Source: Macrostomum lignano
Taxonomy: Eukaryota
Direction: 5' to 3'
Assembly (NCBI GenBank): GCA_002269645.1
Contig: NIVC01000150.1
Coordinates: forward strand, 62,001-126,000
DNA length: 64,000 nt
Below are positions 58,452-64,000 of the stretch, in pieces. Within the stretch, counting starts at the first letter, position 1. The number at the start of each line of letters is the position of its first letter. Under the pieces are notes generated by a model. It had not been told where the DNA came from, made no database searches, and saw only the letters and a list, made by a program, of their open reading frames with translations. The position numbers and the translations under genes are program-made.

Positions 58452-60041
58452 CTACTCCCCGGGGAGCAGGACGGTGTCAACTGTGCCCGGAGTCAGCCCG
58501 TCGCCTCCATCAGTCCCAGCTGCCGTGTCAAAGTCTTCGTCAATCCACAGGTCTACGGAGTCCCTGTCGAATGCCAGCCGGCCCCAGTCAGTGCCGTGCA
58601 TCGCTGATCTTGCGGGGGTGCCGATCAGAGCCAGGCTGCTCGGGGCGTGGACACAGTGGCCTCCGCCGCCACTGCTGCCTCCGCCGTCGCCGCCACCGCC
58701 GCCGCTGCCAACGCAGAACCCGCTGCACAGGTAGCTGCTTAGGGCTTCACTCAGCCGCTGCTGCTGCTGGCTTGTGCTCGACCTGGCTGCACCGGGGTCT
58801 GATGCTTTTCTTGAAGGCAATCGCTGCTGCTTCTGCTGCTGCTGCTGATGATGATGCTGTGAAGGCGGCGGCAGGAAGTCCCGACAGCAGCAGATGTACA
58901 GGAGAATGGCCATCAGCAGCATGCCTAGAAGTGCCGTCAGGGTGGCTACCGAGGCAGCGGCGGCGGGTCCGAGATCCATGGAGGACGGCAGCAGGTCGAG
59001 CAGCTCGCAGTTGATGCCGCGGAACCCTGGCCGGCACCGGCAGTGCGGCTGGTCGAGCCGCTGCTCAACTCGCTGCTCCCGGGTCAACCAGCTGACAGTG
59101 ACGAGGCAGGTGCCGTCGTTGGCGCAGTAGTACTGATCACCGGTGAGGCTGCACGGCACCTGGCGAATCACGCGGGCCTCTGGTTGGACGAAGAACTCCG
59201 GCGGCGGCTCCTGCACCCGGGCCGGCTGGCGGCCGCAGGCTGCGGCGCCCGGTGGCTTGCGAAGGGCCGCCAGGACCAGCAGCAGCAGCCGGTGGCGTGC
59301 CTGGCGACAGCCGCGACGGCGCCTGGGAGGAGGACATTCCTTGAGAAGCTGGATTCTGTTCTGCTCAATCTGATTCTCAGGCTGATGTTGGTCATCCTGC
59401 TGCTGATTGAGTACTTGACATCGATGGTTGTCATGGTTACTAGTCTTGTCTGGAGGACGATTCTGACAGTGATGTTCGTCATGATTTTGGTCATGGTGTT
59501 GGTCATGATGTTGTTCATGATGTTGGTCATGAGGTTGGTCATGATGTTGGTCATGATGCTGGTCATGATGTTGGTCATGATGCTGGTCATGATGTTGGTC
59601 ATGATGTTGGTCATGATGCTGGTCATTGTTATGCTGATGGTGGCGCTGATCATGACGGTGGTCAGGATGATGGTCATGATATTGGTCATGATATTGGTCA
59701 TGATGTTGGTCATGATGCTGGTCATGATGTTGGTCATGATGTTGGTCATGATGCTGGTCATTGTTATGCTGATGGTGGCGCTGATCATGACGGTGGTCAG
59801 GATGTTGGTCATGATGTTGGTCATGATGTTGGTCATGATGCTGGTCATTGTTATGCTGATGGTGGCGCTGATCATGACGGTGGTCAGGATGTTGGTCATG
59901 ATGTTGGTCATGGTGATCCAAACCATCGCACTGTTTACAGCAGCGACAAGCACAATGTGGATCATCAATGCTGCGGTTAAGTTCATGATGAAGCTTCAAT
60001 TCGAGATGGCCTTGAAAGCGCAAATTTTTATTTTGCAACAT
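58452..60041 (-). CDS. EGF-like domain transmembrane protein (putative EGF-family ligand); 5' structure uncertain
   Basis: Six-Cys EGF C..C..GTC...C.C..GF.G..C (about 59155-59000) followed by a TM helix (VATLTALLGMLLMAILLYI) and a cytoplasmic tail; upstream 12-bp repeat region is ambiguous in frame. Confidence 0.72.
   Translation of the reverse strand: MLQNKNLRFQGHLELKLHHELNRSIDDPHCACRCCKQCDGLDHHDQHHDQHPDHRHDQRHHQHNNDQHHDQHHDQHHDQHPDHRHDQRHHQHNNDQHHDQHHDQHHDQHHDQHHDQYHDQYHDHHPDHRHDQRHHQHNNDQHHDQHHDQHHDQHHDQHHDQHHDQHHDQPHDQHHEQHHDQHHDQNHDEHHCQNRPPDKTSNHDNHRCQVLNQQQDDQHQPENQIEQNRIQLLKECPPPRRRRGCRQARHRLLLLVLAALRKPPGAAACGRQPARVQEPPPEFFVQPEARVIRQVPCSLTGDQYYCANDGTCLVTVSWLTREQRVEQRLDQPHCRCRPGFRGINCELLDLLPSSMDLGPAAAASVATLTALLGMLLMAILLYICCCRDFLPPPSQHHHQQQQQKQQRLPSRKASDPGAARSSTSQQQQRLSEALSSYLCSGFCVGSGGGGGDGGGSSGGGGHCVHAPSSLALIGTPARSAMHGTDWGRLAFDRDSVDLWIDEDFDTAAGTDGGDGLTPGTVDTVLLPGE
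59470..59915. repeat. 12-bp repeat (GGTCATGATGTT) inside the EGF gene region
   Basis: Translates as (HHDQ)n or (IMTN)n depending on frame. Confidence 0.88.
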
Positions 60042-60644
60042 TCTCAACGGCTATACTTTCTATTGATCTTCAAAGCAACTAACTCTCTGCCAGAAGCGAC
60101 CTTTATTGTTGCATGTGCGCCATGTGCTCCGTAGAAGTTAACTAAAAGCAATATAACTGACCGAATCGGTCGCTGAGTTAGTCCGAGGTTTCTGTGCCGG
60201 CATGTTCTGGCATGCAGAAAAGAAAAGATATTCAAGGAAAAACTCGGCTGCATTTAAGACCTTGCAGGATTGGCTCGACGCTCTCATTGGCCCCGGAGTA
60301 CGGATTGCGGTGCGTTTCTTTGCTTTCTTGGCTCTTCTGTGTCCCATTTTCTACTTCTGCCCGGCAGGCAATTTTACTATTTAAGTTTATGACCTCTTAG
60401 TTTCTGTGCGACTTTTTTTCTACCAAAGCATTAACAGTTCCTGGGAATTTTTTATAAATTAACTCTTTCTTATGTGCAATTAGTATGATTAATATGCATG
60501 GTATGAGGTTAGTATGTGTTCTGTACATAGTTCAAAAAATGTATTACTGAGGGTTTCAAAAGTCGGTGTTGAGTGCTTAAATGTCTAGACATTTAACTCC
60601 AGCCAATACGCGATCATGAGGCGTTTGGCGTTCCAAGGCCACTA

Positions 60645-61075
60645 ACTGGGATTCCCCTGACTGGGATTCCCCTGACTGGGATTCCTCTGACTAGGATTCT
60701 CCTGACTGGGATTCCTCTGACTGGGATTCCCTGACTGGGATACCCTTGACTGGGATTCCCCTGACTGGGATTCCTCTGACTAGGATTCTCCTGACTGGGA
60801 TTCCTCTGACTGGGATTCCCCGACTGGGATTCCCCGACTGGGATTCCTCTGGCTTGGATTCCCCTGACTGGGATTCCCCTGACTGGGATTCCCCTAACTG
60901 GGATACCCCTGACTGGGATTCCCCTGACTGGGATTCCTCTGACTAGGATTCTCCTGACTGGGATTTCTATGGCTTGGATTCCCCTGACTGGATTAATCTG
61001 GCTTGGATCCCCCCGAATAGGATTCCCCTGAATAGGATTCCCCTGATTTGATTTCCCTGACTGGGATTCTCCTGA
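60645..61075. repeat. 15-16-bp CTGACTGGGATTCCC array
   Basis: Directly visible. Confidence 0.88.
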
Positions 61076-61709
61076 ATTGGATTTTCGATTGGGATTTCCC
61101 TGTATGGGATTCCACTGACTGGAATTCTACTGAGTGCGATTCCACTGACTGTGAAGAAGCAAGTGAATACTTCCTATTTCGCCGCAGAAAACCGGGCACC
61201 CCGCAGCAAAATTTGCACGATTTGCGAGTCCAGAGGCCTTCTGCTTCAGCTGTCCATGAAACGACGGCACACGGCACAATCGTAGCAAATAAGCAGAAAG
61301 GCATTAGGAACAATATTCCCTAGGTGCTGGTCCCCTAAGCAGGTGAGGGGTACGAGACATAAAAGAGAAATAGGAGGCGACATCAGCAGCAGCATTGCAG
61401 CATAAGCAATTTCCTTCTAGAAGAAGATATGGCCAAAAGCGGAGCGTATCTTCGGGCAGCATGGTGTGGACTTCAATAGGAAGGCTGTTAACGTTTGGTG
61501 CCAGGAAATTTTCGTCAAAAAAGCTGCGAGCTCGTACGCCTAATTGATGCATACGACCTTCCTTCGTCTTGGCTTCCTAGCTAAGAATCCAGTTGGCTTG
61601 TCCCCAAATGCTCCCGGCGTCTTAAAAGTACGCACGTGTACTTTTTTGTTTACATTTAGTCACGTTTTATTGGAACTGTTTTTACTAGCTTGGGTGAAAC
61701 ATTAAACAT

Positions 61710-62915
61710 TCCCGACTGACATTCACCCTTAATATACTCCTACCCCAATGTACATTCACCCTTAATATATCCCTACCCCAATGTACATTCACCCTTAGTA
61801 TAATCCTACCCCAATGTACATTCACCTTTAATATATACCTACCCCAATGTACATTCACCCTTAGTATACTCCTAACCCTAATGTACATTCACCCTTAATA
61901 TATCCCTACCCCCAATGTAAATTCACCCTTAATATACTCCTACCCCAATGTACATTTACCCTTAATATATCCGTAACCCTAATGTACATTCACCCTTAAT
62001 ATACATCTACCCTCAATGTACATTCACTCTTAATATATCCCTACCTCTAATGTACATTCACCCTTAGTATACTTCTACCCCCAATGTACATTCATCCTTA
62101 ATAAATTGGGATTCTAAGATATTTTGAAACAGAAGTCAAAATTTTCAGTTGGATTTGATTCTTTTTTTCCGCAATTTTTTCTGTAATTAAAAAGTATCAA
62201 AGTTCGTCAACAGTATTTATTATTAGACTTGAAATCATGAGACAATAATATAATTCCAAGGCTACTGTGTATAAATTAAAGGTACAATCATAAAAACACA
62301 ATTGACAGGTTACAGGTAATACAGTGAAATGAAAGCTCTGACCATCTTTTGCGCCAATGACAGCGCAATGCGCTTGAGAAGATTAAAAATCAACACTTCA
62401 GTTTTGTTCTAGAATTTATGCAATTAATTATGAGATATTAATGACCAGTAATGACAGATTACATAAAAAAGGATAAAGAAGTTAATGAAAAATTTAATAC
62501 AGAGTTACAACCTCGTTTGTACATTCATCACTAATATACTCCTGTCCTCAATGTACATTCACCCTTAATATTCTACTGTCCCAATGTATAATCACCTTTA
62601 ATATTCTCCTGTCCCTAATGTACACTTACCCTTAATATTCTCCTGTCCCCAATGTACACTTACCCTTAATATTCTCCTGTCCCCAATGTACATTTACCCT
62701 TAATATTCTCCTGTCCCCAATGTACATTTACCCTTAATATTCTCCTGTCCCCAATGTACACTTACCCTTAATATTCTCCTGTCCCCAATGTACACTTACC
62801 CTTAATATTCTCCTGTCCCCAATGTACATTCACCCCTAATATACTCCTACCCGGATGTACATTCACCACCCCTAATGTAGGAGTAATATACTGTACTCCT
62901 ACCCTAATGTACAAT
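61710..62915. repeat. Two blocks of a ~31-bp minisatellite (61710-62095, 62515-62915)
   Basis: AATGTACATTCACCCTTAATATACTCCTACCCC-like units separated by ~420 bp. Confidence 0.88.
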
Positions 62916-63274
62916 TACCCCTAATAAATCTTAATTCTTCAAGTTGAGCTCAACTTTCATTTTAGTAAAACAAAGTGTACCAAATTGTTAGATAAAGTAA
63001 GGCATTTTAATAATCAGGCACTGAATTTAGACACGACACAGAAGAGTTAATAGGCTGGAATAACGCAGAAAAACAACAAAATCTATGCAGATTGCTATAG
63101 ATTGCCGGCCGTATGCTAGCCATAAATTTAGTGATCTAAACAGAAGTTCATTAGATGATCATAGAAATTATACATTTCGCGACAGAAACTTTAACTTTTA
63201 AAAAAATTACCAACTTTATAGACCAAAACAATTTCATGGATTTTATAGATTCATAGTGCTTTCATGAGGTTTTC

Positions 63275-63670
63275 ATAAAAACCATAGAATTTCATAGAAA
63301 TCATAGAATTTCATAGAAATCATAGAATTTCATAGAAATCATAGAATTTCATAGAAATCATAGAATTTCATAGAAACCATAGAATTTCATAGAAACCATA
63401 GAATTTCATAGAAACCATAGAATTTCATAGAAATCATAGAATTTCATAGAAACCATAGAATTTCATAGAAACCATAGAATTTCATAGAATTTCATAGAAA
63501 CCATAGAATTTCATAGAAATCATAGAATTTCATAGAAACCATAGAATTTTATAGAAATCATAGAATTTCATAGAAATCATAGAATTTCATAGAAACCATA
63601 GAATTTCATAGAAATCATAGAATTTCATAGAAATCATAGAATCTCATAGAAACCATAGAGTTTCATAGAA
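63275..63670. repeat. 19-bp CATAGAATTTCATAGAAA(T/C) array
   Basis: Directly visible. Confidence 0.9.
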
Positions 63671-63859
63671 ATGACCAACTTTCCAAGAAATCTCTGATTA
63701 GTATCGGCAGTGCTAGTAGTGCTAAGACAATAACGATTGATCGAGAAGAATAACGATAACGACGTAAGTCCTGACTAAGGCAAATTGAGAAATTTAGGGA
63801 AGCAATTGTATGACAAAATTATTAATAATTGATTATCAATTTGACCCCAAGCCGATGAG

Positions 63860-64000
63860 TCACAGTTTGGCAGGCCTGTCGCTGTGCAGCAGCATCAGGT
63901 CTCGAATATCCAGCAGGCTGTCCCTCAGGCTGGCCGCCAGCCGATCCGAGTCGGTTCCGCGCCGGTCGCTATAAGCGGTGAGCGACACCAGGAATTTGTC
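63860..64000 (-). CDS. 3' end of an unidentified gene running off the window
   Basis: GC-rich open frame DKFLVSLTAYSDRRGTDSDRLAASLRDSLLDIRDLMLLHSDRPAKL* ending at TGA 63860-63862. Confidence 0.5.
   Translation of the reverse strand, partial: DKFLVSLTAYSDRRGTDSDRLAASLRDSLLDIRDLMLLHSDRPAKL

Overview
Metazoan (invertebrate-type) nuclear DNA with GC-rich exons and AT-rich introns full of minisatellites; the species cannot be fixed from sequence alone. The dominant feature is an integrated Polinton/Maverick-adintovirus-like virus at 7198-19089. It is bounded by ~640-bp terminal inverted repeats (ACTACTA...TAGTAGT) and a 6-bp target-site duplication (TACAAC). All its genes lie on the + strand: Fic-domain protein, three unknown ORFs, a TBP-like saddle protein, a pX-like core protein, a conserved hypothetical, DDE integrase with chromodomain, penton, a second protease-processed virion protein, major capsid protein, adenain-type protease and A32 packaging ATPase. 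The ATPase plus right TIR is tandemly duplicated. No protein-primed DNA polymerase, helicase or primase is recognisable, and the ~10.5-kb unit genome has no gap or remnant where one would sit. It therefore looks like a capsid-complete but polymerase-less, possibly helper-dependent virus with its own TBP-like protein, a recurring TATAAATA motif at gene junctions, and two different end types. Host genes: ENSA/ARPP19, PLEKHF2 (-), EIF3D (5 exons), a 3-exon beta-propeller-like gene, an EGF-TM gene (-) and the 3' end of a further gene at the right edge. Also present: RTE-LINE 3' fragments, a hAT element with a nested MULE-type MITE, a CCC-ended 2-bp-TSD DNA transposon, a decayed 28S rRNA fragment and about 20 tandem arrays. 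Several 1-nt frameshifts fall in homopolymers and may be assembly errors.
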